A stretch of 45,682 nt of DNA from Gemmatimonadota bacterium. Lineage in GTDB: Bacteria > Gemmatimonadota > Gemmatimonadetes > Gemmatimonadales > GWC2-71-9. The stretch is taken from positions 1 through 45,682 of the forward strand of contig JBDHKN010000031.1 of NCBI GenBank assembly GCA_039586365.1, read 5' to 3'. Under the pieces are notes generated by a model, which saw nothing but the letters and a program-made list of their open reading frames with translations, was not told the origin of the DNA and did not search any database. A program made the translations under genes and the position numbers. Each line of letters opens with the position of its first letter. Position 1 is the stretch's first letter. Below, in pieces: positions 29,208-38,240 of this stretch.

Positions 29208-31028
29208 ATGCGAAACAACAGTGAGCCAGTGCGACGTGTATTCGCATTCGGTCTGGTCCTGGCTGTCCTTCTCACGGCGCCCGGGGCGAGTCTCGGGCAA
29301 GCGACAGGTGATCGCGTTCCCGGCGATCATTGGATGCAGTACACGAATATCGAGCAGGCCGGCTTCGACGCTGCGAAGCTCGCAGCGGCGCGTACAACGT
29401 GGGAAGGGCTTCCGTCCTCGGCCTTTTTGGTGATCGCCGACGGCGCGGTCGTCGCTGCCTGGGGCGGAGTCGAGCGCCGTTTCATGTGTCATTCAGTGCG
29501 CAAGAGTTTCCTCACCGCCCTGTATGGGATCTACTGGGACCGCGGTGAGATCGAGCTCAACAAGACGCTGGCCGACCTCGGCATCGACGATGAGCCCGAC
29601 CCGCTGTTGGAAACCGAGAAGCGGGCCCGCATCCTCGATCTGCTAAAGGCGCGCTCCGGCGTGTTCCACCCCGCAGCTTATGCGGGTCGCACCGACTCGC
29701 GGCCCCGCGGCAGCGAGGGACCGGGTCGTTACTTCGCCTACAACAACTGGGACTTCAACACCGCGGCCACGATCTTGAAGCAGGAGACGGGAGCCGACGT
29801 GTTCGAGGCCTTCGATGAGTACTTCGGCCAGCCGCTGCAAATGGAGGACTGGCGCGTTTCGGACGGTTACTATCACTACGAACGCGACAAGTCCAAGTAC
29901 CCGGCCTACCCCTTCCGGATGTCGGCGCGCGACGCGGCTCGCTTCGGGTTGCTGTTCGCGCGCGATGGAATGTGGAGCGACGAGCGGATACTCTCCGAGA
30001 ATTGGGTCCGCCGTAGCTCGGCGCTGTACTCGATCGACAGCGACGTCATGGGGTACGGTTTCATGTGGTGGGTGATGCGCGAGCCCCGCTTCACCCGTCA
30101 CGGGATGTTCGCCGCGCTCGGTGTCGGCAACCAGATGATCGCAGTGCTACCCAAGACTGATATGGTGATCGTGAATCGTGCCAACACCTACGAGGGCGAG
30201 GGGACACCGACGCCGGCGCTGCTCGACCTCATCGAGCAGGTCCTCGAGGCACGGACGGGCACTCCGGTCGCAGACCCGACCCTCACGGCGCTCGAAGTAG
30301 GCTCCGACCCGAAGGTCACTAGTGTGTCAAACGACCGGCTAGAGGAGTTCGTGGGCGAGTGGGACTATCCTCCGTCACCGCTTGGCCTACCCTCGATCAC
30401 GAAGGGGAAGATCACTGCCGGTGCAGGTCACCTCGTGAGCTATGCCCCGACGACAGGCACCTTCAGACTCTATCTACAAGAAGACGGCACACTGCACGAG
30501 GAAGACAGTCACGAGCGCTACGTGCCGGTGCGGGACGATGCCGGTTCCTTCGCGGGGATCGCCGATGTGAGGACCATAGTGTCGGCCGCGGTCACCGCCG
30601 CAGCCGATGGTCGGAGCGACCGGGCCGCACACATTCTGGCCATGGTCGAGGGCGAAACAGGCGTGCAGGTCGGAGTTGGAAGGGCCGTCGTCGATTTTTT
30701 GGCTGGCAGGCGGGAGGCGGCGAATCGTGCAGTTCGGGAGCTGGCGGAGCGCATCGATCCGGCCGGTGTCGAGGTCGAGGTGAACGCAGTGGGTTACGCG
30801 TTACTGCGGACTGAAAGAGCGGAACAGGCGCTCGCGGTCTTTGAGCTCAACACGCGAGTGTTCCCCGACGCGTTCAACACCTGGGATAGCCTCGGTGAGG
30901 CGCACATGATTCTGGGCCACGACGACGAGGCGATCCGCGCTTACCAGCGGTCGCTGGAACTCAACCCGGACAACACTAACGCGGAGACTATGATCTCCCG
31001 GATTCGCGGAGGTCGGCCACCGAACTAG
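29208..31028 (+). CDS. Beta-lactamase-family serine hydrolase with C-terminal TPR, secreted
   Basis: HSVRKS (SxxK), YNN and SARDAARFG; TPR NAVGY..NTWDSLGEA. Confidence 0.9.
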   Translation: MRNNSEPVRRVFAFGLVLAVLLTAPGASLGQATGDRVPGDHWMQYTNIEQAGFDAAKLAAARTTWEGLPSSAFLVIADGAVVAAWGGVERRFMCHSVRKSFLTALYGIYWDRGEIELNKTLADLGIDDEPDPLLETEKRARILDLLKARSGVFHPAAYAGRTDSRPRGSEGPGRYFAYNNWDFNTAATILKQETGADVFEAFDEYFGQPLQMEDWRVSDGYYHYERDKSKYPAYPFRMSARDAARFGLLFARDGMWSDERILSENWVRRSSALYSIDSDVMGYGFMWWVMREPRFTRHGMFAALGVGNQMIAVLPKTDMVIVNRANTYEGEGTPTPALLDLIEQVLEARTGTPVADPTLTALEVGSDPKVTSVSNDRLEEFVGEWDYPPSPLGLPSITKGKITAGAGHLVSYAPTTGTFRLYLQEDGTLHEEDSHERYVPVRDDAGSFAGIADVRTIVSAAVTAAADGRSDRAAHILAMVEGETGVQVGVGRAVVDFLAGRREAANRAVRELAERIDPAGVEVEVNAVGYALLRTERAEQALAVFELNTRVFPDAFNTWDSLGEAHMILGHDDEAIRAYQRSLELNPDNTNAETMISRIRGGRPPN

Positions 31029-31085
31029 GAGTGACGGCGCGAGCGGCCGTCGCAGGGGCACGGGGAACTGGGGATGCCGTCACGT

Positions 31086-31222
31086 CAGCGCGAGAAGCGG
31101 TGAGATCGCCAGGGTCTTCCGCAGCATGATCATATCGCGCTAGACCTCGTACAGCGACGTCGCTATGTCGTCCGACGAATTCCCCGAGGGCAACTAACCG
31201 AACCCGAGGCTTCGACCACGAG
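31086..31222 (-). repeat. 137-bp duplicate of 34966..35102, containing a leader and a truncated gene start
   Basis: Ungapped alignment at offset 3880 with 9 mismatches (manual count). Encodes only MIMLRKTLAISPLLAL of the 34270..35013 gene. Confidence 0.92.
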
Positions 31223-31224
31223 CC

Positions 31225-32079
31225 TCACGTAGCCTGCCGGCCGGCGCCGGCCGTCACGCCACCCAGTAGCTCCTCGGTCTTCTCCCAGAGCGCCGGCCCG
31301 ACCTCGGCGTTCGCCTGCGCCCACACCGGCTCAATGCGCTTGAGCTTGGGACCGTAGAAGCCACTTTCGTGACCGCCCGCGGCCAGCCTTGCCATGTCAG
31401 CACCCGCCTGCTCCGGCGAGCGCGTGAACAGCCGCCCGATCGACTGAAAGAAGATCCACGCCATCGTCGTGGCCATGGTCGTCTTGGTGCGCACCAGCCC
31501 GGGGCCATAGTTGCAGAAGGTGATCCCCTTGTAGCGCTGCGCCTGCTCCTGCGTGAGCAGCTCGTTGAGCGCGGCTGACTTGCCGATCATGCCGAACTTC
31601 TTATAGTCGCGCTCGCTCTGCAGGTCGTCGAGGTCGAAGTCCTTGGCGTAGGTGCCGCCGCCGGCGACCGTCATGACGAGCGGATCCTCCGATGCGCGTA
31701 GCTGATCGAGGAGCTCCTTGGTCAGAACGTAGCGTGACAGGTACTGCAGCATGAAGGCGATCTCGAATCCTTCCTCGGTTTCCGTTCGCCGCCACGGAAA
31801 CGTTCCGCCGGCGTTGTTCACAAGCGTATCAACGCGGTCGAGCCGCCGCTTGATCTCGGCCGCGGCCCGGCGCACCTCGCGGACGGTCGAGAGGTCGGCC
31901 ACCACATAGTCCACCTGCCGGTTGCCAGTTTCGGCGATGCACTCGGCCTTTACCGTCTCGCAGCGCTCGCGATTGCGGCCGATCAGGAGCAGCCGTGCGC
32001 CCTGCCGTGCCAGCTCCTTCGCCGCCACTTTGCCCATACCGTCCGTCGCACCCGTGATGACGATGTTTCGTGCGGTCAT
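31225..32079 (-). CDS. SDR family NAD(P)-dependent oxidoreductase
   Basis: ITGATDGMG, ADLS, LVNNAGG and PGLVRT. Confidence 0.92.
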   Translation of the reverse strand: MTARNIVITGATDGMGKVAAKELARQGARLLLIGRNRERCETVKAECIAETGNRQVDYVVADLSTVREVRRAAAEIKRRLDRVDTLVNNAGGTFPWRRTETEEGFEIAFMLQYLSRYVLTKELLDQLRASEDPLVMTVAGGGTYAKDFDLDDLQSERDYKKFGMIGKSAALNELLTQEQAQRYKGITFCNYGPGLVRTKTTMATTMAWIFFQSIGRLFTRSPEQAGADMARLAAGGHESGFYGPKLKRIEPVWAQANAEVGPALWEKTEELLGGVTAGAGRQAT

Positions 32080-32267
32080 GACGGCTTGGATCTGACAGGA
32101 AGGATTGTTTCCGTGGTCGGGTTGGTCATGGTCTCCCTCCTTTGGTGTTTCCCTATAGTCAGATTACGGCGTGAATCGAAAAAGAACGCCCAGACCGATC
32201 AGAATTGAGAGCTGCAAAATGGCCATCAAACGACCCTGCGCACCCGGGTCCACATGGTGCACGGACC

Positions 32268-32840
32268 CTAGTCGGTGCGTAAAATCCTGGCAGTCAACGA
32301 CCGCAGACTCAGTGAGATCACAAGCACCCACATCCAATAGAATGCAAACTCAAACATACCGAATGTCAGCGCCGATGCCGGACTGATTCCCCTGACAAGC
32401 GGACAATCCTCCAACAACCCCCGCCTGTATATCGCGTGCAGGTGCCCCGGCAACGAGTGTAGACCCCCCAACACGGCAAGCACGATCACTGGGTGAACCG
32501 GCGCTCGTTTCGCAACCCACCAAAACAGCAGACCCAATAGGACGTGGAGAAGCCCGTACAACCACGCGCCCCACCGGACCCACGCTGGCATTACGTACTG
32601 GTAGCACGACTCCCAGGCAGCCAGCGACGCCACTCCGTAAATGAGCGTCCACACGGCAGCCGCCACACACGGAAACCACACCCGGAGCCGCGCAAATGCA
32701 TCTCGTGAGACGCGCCACCAGAGTACGCCGATCACGACGAAATCCAGCACCGCCGCGACGGCGGTTGCCTGCCACATTTGAGTGGACGTTACGGCAGGCG
32801 TTTGTAGCATCGAACTCCACATGTCGAGTCCTAGCACCAT
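32268..32840 (-). CDS. Hypothetical membrane protein
   Basis: About five hydrophobic segments; start uncertain. Confidence 0.7.
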   Translation of the reverse strand: MVLGLDMWSSMLQTPAVTSTQMWQATAVAAVLDFVVIGVLWWRVSRDAFARLRVWFPCVAAAVWTLIYGVASLAAWESCYQYVMPAWVRWGAWLYGLLHVLLGLLFWWVAKRAPVHPVIVLAVLGGLHSLPGHLHAIYRRGLLEDCPLVRGISPASALTFGMFEFAFYWMWVLVISLSLRSLTARILRTD

Positions 32841-32865
32841 GACCGGCCCAGAGTGCGCTACCGAG

Positions 32866-32919
32866 TCAGTGGCGGTCAGCGAGCACAGTAGTCAGACGGT
32901 TTGGGACATCATCGGTCAT
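32866..32919 (-). pseudogene. Ser/Thr kinase 5' stub (MTDDVPNRLTTVLADRH*)
   Basis: AAGGGGG RBS; resembles the N-terminus of the kinase fragment at 35156..35425. Confidence 0.6.
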
Positions 32920-33122
32920 ATTGCATGACCCCCTTGTAGCGTGAGCGACAGCGAATGCGACCCCAGCGAGATCGCGAGCCCAGGCGAGCGATCGAGATGA
33001 ACCCGCGACCCCCTGAGGCCCATTCGGTTCACAACACATAGCAACTACGACATCATCCCGGCATTTCTGGGCTTTGAACGTTGGCAACGACATCTTGCCG
33101 TACTTCATATTGTGCTTTGCCC

Positions 33123-34133
33123 TCACTTGCGCAGGAACTCTCGCACGGCAGAGTTGAATCTCTCCGGTTCGCACCATGGCGCTTGGTGCCCGCAATCGTT
33201 GGTCAGCCGGAGTGTGCGTGCCCCCAAGAGGCCGGCGAACTCCAGGGCGGGGCCCGGCGTCACAAGGTGGTCAGCGAGGCCCACGACGATGAAGGCCTCC
33301 GCCTGAACAAGAGACGCAGCCTGCTCCAACGAGCCGGCGAACGGCGCGGCAACGTCGTGGCCAATCATTGCGTGAAGCTGACTGCTGAGATCATATACCC
33401 TCTCTTCTGTCAGAGACGCCATCTCCAGTCGAGCTCGGGCACTTGGAAGGCTATCGCGGGGAAGGACACGCGACTGGTAGTCCGGGCCTCCCATCAAGAA
33501 GTACAATCCCTCTCGCAGCGCAGCTGGCGGCTGACAGCGGCAATCGAGAAACCAATCCAGAATTCTGAGCTCCATTTCCCAGAGGACGATGTCATAGACT
33601 GCGAGACGAGGCGAGCCGACAACTGGGACGATCTTCTCCGCGAACTCCGGATAACTCACGGCCCATTCAAACGCCTGCATGCCTCCCATCGATATTCCGA
33701 GAACTGCGTTCAGTCGGGAGACCCCGAGATACTCAGTGAGAAGCCTGTGTTGGTGCCGCACCATGTCGCGGATCGTGATACTGGGGAATGCAGCTCCACT
33801 TTGTGCAGTGCTGTTCGATGGCGATGATGAGACACCATTGCCGAAGGCGTCGACCACGATTACGAAGGACTTCGCAGGGTCGACCATGCCGTCCGGCCCG
33901 AGTAGCGAGAGAATTTGCTCGCTGGTGCCCCCGAACCAAGTCGGGAACAGCACAGCGTTCGAGCGGTCGGCACTGAGACTACCTACGCTGCGGTAGCCGA
34001 TGCGACAGTCCTCGATGACATCCCCGTTCTCAAGCTGGCAGTCACCCATCTCGGCGAACTGGAGCTCCTGCCCATCCAGACCTGCTGAGGCGGTGAAAAT
34101 GAGAAGTGCGGTGGAAGGCAGCAGTCGATGCAT
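33123..34133 (-). CDS. Alpha/beta hydrolase, homoserine O-acetyltransferase (MetX)-like, with signal peptide
   Basis: IGYRSVG..NAVLFPTWFGG, FPSITIRDMV, GISMGG nucleophile elbow and CGH. GGGAG before ATG 34133. Confidence 0.88.
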   Translation of the reverse strand: MHRLLPSTALLIFTASAGLDGQELQFAEMGDCQLENGDVIEDCRIGYRSVGSLSADRSNAVLFPTWFGGTSEQILSLLGPDGMVDPAKSFVIVVDAFGNGVSSSPSNSTAQSGAAFPSITIRDMVRHQHRLLTEYLGVSRLNAVLGISMGGMQAFEWAVSYPEFAEKIVPVVGSPRLAVYDIVLWEMELRILDWFLDCRCQPPAALREGLYFLMGGPDYQSRVLPRDSLPSARARLEMASLTEERVYDLSSQLHAMIGHDVAAPFAGSLEQAASLVQAEAFIVVGLADHLVTPGPALEFAGLLGARTLRLTNDCGHQAPWCEPERFNSAVREFLRK

Positions 34134-34217
34134 CGTCAGGCTCCCAAGGATCGAGAACAGCGGCGTGCGGAGACCGAGTGGTCTCCAGTTAGGGTCCAAG
34201 GACCAGTCAGCGCACGC

Positions 34218-34277
34218 ACGCTCGATGGTGTAGCGGTCGGCGAGGGCCTTGGTGAGACGGTCGAACACGTCAGTCAT
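34218..34277 (-). pseudogene. Ser/Thr kinase 5' stub (MTDVFDRLTKALADRYTIER)
   Basis: ATG overlaps the end of the upstream gene (ATGACTGA); reading frame continues without a stop into the 33123..34133 hydrolase. Confidence 0.8.
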
Positions 34278-35013
34278 TCCCACTACCCCCGTGAAGTGCC
34301 GCCCAGATCGGTTTGCCAAAGGCGAACACACAGGCCCATCCGGCGATGATGCCGGGCAGGAAAGCGGCCGCGAATAGGTACATCTCTCCGGTATGACTCG
34401 CCTCCTTCCACACGAAGAACGCCCCCGCGGGCACGAAGAGGACGCAACTGAGCGCCACCAAGATGAGGCCAACGGTCTGCTGGGAGGCCAACAGCAACAC
34501 TCCGATCAGGAGGCCGGTGAGCAGTACAGCGGGGATGGCGACATGCCACTCGATAGCGTAGCGGTACATGACGACGAAGAGGAAGAGGCCCAGCGCAGAA
34601 GCGATGTTCAGGATGATGGTCCAGCGCACGAGTCCCATGCGCGGACCGCTCCAGTCGGTGGCGGCCCGGCCCTCGTAGCGCTCGAACATGGCCCGGCCTG
34701 GCAGGCTTACGAGTAGCACAACCGACGCAACCAGGGCGACGGTTTGCTGTGCCAGGGGCGCTCCTGCGGGTAACCCGAAGGTGAGGACGAAGGCCCAGGG
34801 GAGCACCGCGAACGCGCCGGCGAGCGCTAGCCACCGGCTCCAGTACTTCTCCATGGCCAATCCGATGATCGTAATCCCGAGCGGGATGAGGAGCAGCCCA
34901 GTCGCCAGTACCAGTCGCGGGTTCACTCCGTATGACCCCCGCTCGAGTGTCAGGATGAGGCCGCCCAGCGCGAGAAGCGCCGAGATCGCCAGGGTCTTCC
35001 GCAGCATGATCAT
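34270..35013 (-). CDS. Hypothetical polytopic membrane protein
   Basis: About eight hydrophobic segments in two similar halves. Confidence 0.75.
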   Translation of the reverse strand: MIMLRKTLAISALLALGGLILTLERGSYGVNPRLVLATGLLLIPLGITIIGLAMEKYWSRWLALAGAFAVLPWAFVLTFGLPAGAPLAQQTVALVASVVLLVSLPGRAMFERYEGRAATDWSGPRMGLVRWTIILNIASALGLFLFVVMYRYAIEWHVAIPAVLLTGLLIGVLLLASQQTVGLILVALSCVLFVPAGAFFVWKEASHTGEMYLFAAAFLPGIIAGWACVFAFGKPIWAALHGGSGND

Positions 35014-35155
35014 ATCGCGCTAGACCTCGTACAGCGACGTCGATATGTTGTCCGACGAGCTCCCCCAGGGCAACTAGCCGAACCCGAGGCTTCGACTACG
35101 AGGCTACGACTACAAGCGCCGATCCGCCCGCCCCTACGCTCCACCATGACCAGAT

Positions 35156-35425
35156 TCACTCAGGCAACTCGAGCGGCGCGTCCGAGTCGTAAAGGGGTAG
35201 GATGCGAGGATGGTGCAGGTTGGCAGTCACCTTGATCTCTTGCAGAAACCGCTCCGAGCCGAGGGTGGCAGCCAGCTCGGGCAGGAAGACCTTGAGGGCA
35301 ACCTTGCGATCGTGCTTGAGATCGTGCGCCAGATAGACCACGGCCATGCCACCTCGGCCGATTTCGCGTTTGATCGTGTAGCGGTCGCCTAGGGCTGAAG
35401 TCAGCCGCTTCAAGTGATCAGTCAC
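35156..35425 (-). pseudogene. Truncated Hanks-type Ser/Thr protein kinase (N-lobe only)
   Basis: DRYTIKREIGRGGMAVVYLA..KVALKV..ERFLQEI..LHHPRILPLYDS followed by a stop; no HRD or DFG motif. Confidence 0.9.
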
Positions 35426-35538
35426 CAGGTGTCATCCGCGTTGATCCGCACCTATTCGCGTGGGCTCGGTTACTGGCTCAACATTCAATCTGTCCATTGT
35501 TGACCGAACGCACTAGGAGGTACTGGGGAGGTAGAGCC

Positions 35539-35567
35539 TTGAGCGAAGTCGTGAATCTAAATAGTAT
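35539..35567 (+). promoter_or_regulatory. Putative sigma70 promoter of the TA operon
   Basis: TTGAGC-17 bp-TAGTAT, overlapped by the short palindrome AGTATTACT (possible operator). Confidence 0.55.
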
Positions 35568-35584
35568 TACTAGTAGGAGTAAGA

Positions 35585-35830
35585 ATGAGGCTGACAGACA
35601 TGAAGATCACGACCAAAGGCCAGGTGACTATTCCCGCTGCCATCAGGGAAGAGCTGGGATTGCTGCCCTACACTGAGGTGGAGTTCGAAGTCACCGGTGA
35701 TGCCGTGCTGATGCGAAAGGTCGCACAGAACCGTCGCAGGGGACGTCGCCTGGTCGATCATCTGCGGGGCCGCGGCAGCGTGCGAATGTCCACAGATGAG
35801 ATCTTGAAGCTTACCAGGGACAGACGGTGA
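35585..35830 (+). CDS. vapB: AbrB/MazE/SpoVT family antitoxin
   Basis: KITTKGQVTIPAAIREELGL; alternative start at 35600; overlaps the toxin start (GTGA). Confidence 0.92.
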   Translation: MRLTDMKITTKGQVTIPAAIREELGLLPYTEVEFEVTGDAVLMRKVAQNRRRGRRLVDHLRGRGSVRMSTDEILKLTRDRR

Positions 35831-36231
35831 CCGTTGTACTCGTAGACAGCAGTGTCCTCTTGGACGTGCTGACGGAGGACCCAGCGTGGTACGATTGGTC
35901 AGCAGAAGCGCTCGAGGCACATGCGGAGTCGAGTGTGTTGGCCATCAACCCGATCATCTATGGCGAGGTGTCGATTCGATTCGAGCGGATCGAAGACGCG
36001 GAGGAGGCTCTTCCTCCGGATCTCTTTCAGCGAGCGCATCTTCCGTGGGAAGCTGCCTTCTTGGCGGGCAAGTGCTTCGTCCGTTACCGGAGGAAGGGTG
36101 GTGTGCGACGCTCACCGCTTCCGGACTTCTACATCGGTGCACACGCGGCTGTGCGTGGCTGGAAGCTGCTTACAAGAGATGCAGCTCAATACCGCACCTA
36201 CTTTCCGGGCCTCGCTCTGGCGTCGCCGTGA
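35827..36231 (+). CDS. vapC: VapC (PIN domain) toxin
   Basis: VLVDSSVLLD, IYGEVS, PLPDFYIGAHA and LLTRD. Confidence 0.93.
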   Translation: MTVVLVDSSVLLDVLTEDPAWYDWSAEALEAHAESSVLAINPIIYGEVSIRFERIEDAEEALPPDLFQRAHLPWEAAFLAGKCFVRYRRKGGVRRSPLPDFYIGAHAAVRGWKLLTRDAAQYRTYFPGLALASP

Positions 36232-36281
36232 CAGGCGGTCCGAGCAGGACAGTACGGAAAGTGTGAGACGCAGCATACACC

Positions 36282-36358
36282 CCTCCTTGCGGTTTGGAGT
36301 GCGACTCCGAGACAAGTGGGCTATCGGCGGATGGGTCAGAAGACGGCTAGGTGAGCCC
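36282..36358 (-). repeat. Leader repeat C (GACTCCGAGACAA core) feeding a gene stub MLRLTLSVLS
   Basis: Similar to 38906..38981 over ~75 bp and to 38138..38170. Confidence 0.75.
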
Positions 36359-36391
36359 TCACGGCATCTGTGAAGTTCTGACACCAACGCC

Positions 36392-36581
36392 TGTACCTGA
36401 CTCCATACTAGACGTTGCCCTCAAAGGCCACCGTGCTAAGGAGACATTAGGAGGGTCACCCGACTCATAGGAACCGGTCACCGGCAGCCAGGCCGCTGTG
36501 TAGACGCCACAGTTAGAAGCCCTCCCGACGACGAGACCGCACCGGTGGCCTTTTGTGCCCCGCCACCAGAGTAGACGCCGT
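36392..36581 (+). repeat. Intergenic repeat family A, rearranged copy with expanded hairpin loop
   Basis: Arms AAAGGCCACCGTGC (36423-36436) and GCACCGGTGGCCTTT (36539-36553) enclose ~100 bp that includes GTAGACGCCACAGT...CCCGACGACGAGACC. Confidence 0.8.
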
Positions 36582-36599
36582 TGGTCGACGCACAGGGTG

Positions 36600-37964
36600 T
36601 TATTGGTCAGACTCTTCGCGCTCGACGATGCCGAGCGGCGGCCGGTCCCTCCAGGCACCGCGTGTGAAGTCTGGCACGTCGATGGGTCGGCTGCCCCGTG
36701 CGATCGAGCGCTCGGAGAGCCCGGAGATGGCGCTCCACGCCGCTCCGTCATAGACGTCTTGGTCGGTCGGCGTCCCGTTACGCAGACACTGGATCAGCCG
36801 GTAGTCCTCGATGTAGTCCATGCCGCCGTGCCCCGCGCCCTGGGAGCGCTCCTCCAGCGCCGCCCAGATCGGGTGGTCGAACTCGGCACGGTAGGCCTCG
36901 AGATCCTCCCACTGGTGTTCCGGGCTCCGCCCCTCGATGTGGACCTTTTCATCGGGATATCGCTGCACGAGCCCCCTGGCGCCCTGGAGAGTGAGCTTGC
37001 GACTGTAGGGTCGCGGCGAGTTTGTGTCGTGGACGATCAGGATGGTCTGACCAGCGAGCGTCCGGATCAGTGTGCTCACCACGTCGCCCAGCGCGTACGA
37101 CTGCCGAGCCTCTGGGCTGTCGCTCCCGATGTGCTCCGCTGCCCAGCGGTTCAGCCCGCGTGAGTTGCTGCTCATGGAGACGAGGTAGTCGAACCGGTTG
37201 CCCCGGTTCACGTTCATGTACTGGGCAACCGGACCGAGTCCGTGGGTCGGGTAGAGGTCGCCGTTCCGCCGAATCGAGTGCTTAACGCGCCACCGACCCT
37301 CGTAGAAGTCGGTGAGTTTGAGTACGCGGAGGTCGTGCAGATACCCGCACTCCGCGTGCAACAGATCGCCGAAGAGCCCGTGGCGGACCATGTTCAGGAT
37401 CATCATTTCGAGGCGGCCGTAGCAGACGTTCTCCATCATCACACAGTGGCGCTGCGTCCGCTCCGCCACCTCCACGAGCTGCCAGCATTCCTCAACGGTG
37501 ACGGCCAGCGGGACTTCCGTGGCCGCGTGCTTGCCGCTCTCCATTGCCGCCACGCACACCGGGGCGTGCCAGTCCCACGGGGTCGCGGTGAATACGAGAT
37601 CGAGGTCGTCTCTCTCGCACAGGCGGCGGAAGTCATCGGGGCCTCGCGAGTAGCCCACCGGCTCGGGCTGCCCGGCCTCGGCGACGAGCTGCTGCATGCG
37701 CTGCACCTTGGCGGCCACGACGTCGCAAATCGCCTTGATCTCGACGCCGTCGATTCGCAGGAAGTTCTCGACGTGGCTCGACCCCTGGTGACCGACGCCG
37801 ACGAACCCCATGCGCACCGTCTCGAGCGGCGGCAGCGCGAGGCCCGCCGCCCCAGATGCGGGGCTGGGTACACCGGCGCTCAGTCGCGGAGCGGTGAGGG
37901 CGAGCCCGAGGCTCCCCGCCGCGGCCGTCTTGAGGAACTCCCTCCGACTGTATGGATCACGCAT
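36600..37964 (-). CDS. Gfo/Idh/MocA oxidoreductase, GH109 alpha-N-acetylgalactosaminidase-like, Tat-exported
   Basis: SRREFLK Tat motif; GFVGVGHQG, ATPWDWH, ATEVP, MMENVCY, YPTHGLGP and GHGGMD. Confidence 0.9.
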   Translation of the reverse strand: MRDPYSRREFLKTAAAGSLGLALTAPRLSAGVPSPASGAAGLALPPLETVRMGFVGVGHQGSSHVENFLRIDGVEIKAICDVVAAKVQRMQQLVAEAGQPEPVGYSRGPDDFRRLCERDDLDLVFTATPWDWHAPVCVAAMESGKHAATEVPLAVTVEECWQLVEVAERTQRHCVMMENVCYGRLEMMILNMVRHGLFGDLLHAECGYLHDLRVLKLTDFYEGRWRVKHSIRRNGDLYPTHGLGPVAQYMNVNRGNRFDYLVSMSSNSRGLNRWAAEHIGSDSPEARQSYALGDVVSTLIRTLAGQTILIVHDTNSPRPYSRKLTLQGARGLVQRYPDEKVHIEGRSPEHQWEDLEAYRAEFDHPIWAALEERSQGAGHGGMDYIEDYRLIQCLRNGTPTDQDVYDGAAWSAISGLSERSIARGSRPIDVPDFTRGAWRDRPPLGIVEREESDQ

Positions 37965-38028
37965 GGCTCAACTCCCGGCTTGCCGTTCATCGTGGTTTAG
38001 CACATTCGTACTTATAGTCCGGGGCACG

Positions 38029-38133
38029 TCAGCCCGCAAACGCGGCCTTCTGTTCCCCGGTAAGTTCCATGGTGGCGTGCTGCCAGACAACCAAGAAGAC
38101 AATGAGCACGGTGGCAAGTACGAGACGGCGCAT
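38029..38133 (-). pseudogene. 34-aa stub resembling the signal region of a secreted/lipoprotein gene
   Basis: MRRLVLATVLIVFLVVWQHATMELTGEQKAAFAG*, preceded by GGAAGGA and leader repeat C. Confidence 0.55.
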
Positions 38134-38240
38134 GGATCCTTCCTAGCGGTTTGGGGCGACTCCGAGACAAATCGGGCAGCGATGCATCAACAGGCCCGAC
38201 GCCTATTTGCTGTGGCGTCGCCCAGACACGCTGTCGGAGT

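Noticed and set aside
6017..31028. Antibiotic-resistance calls (vanY at 6017..6739; beta-lactamases at 27534 and 29208)
   Set aside because: No van cluster context; these broad peptidase/serine hydrolase families are mostly not resistance enzymes.
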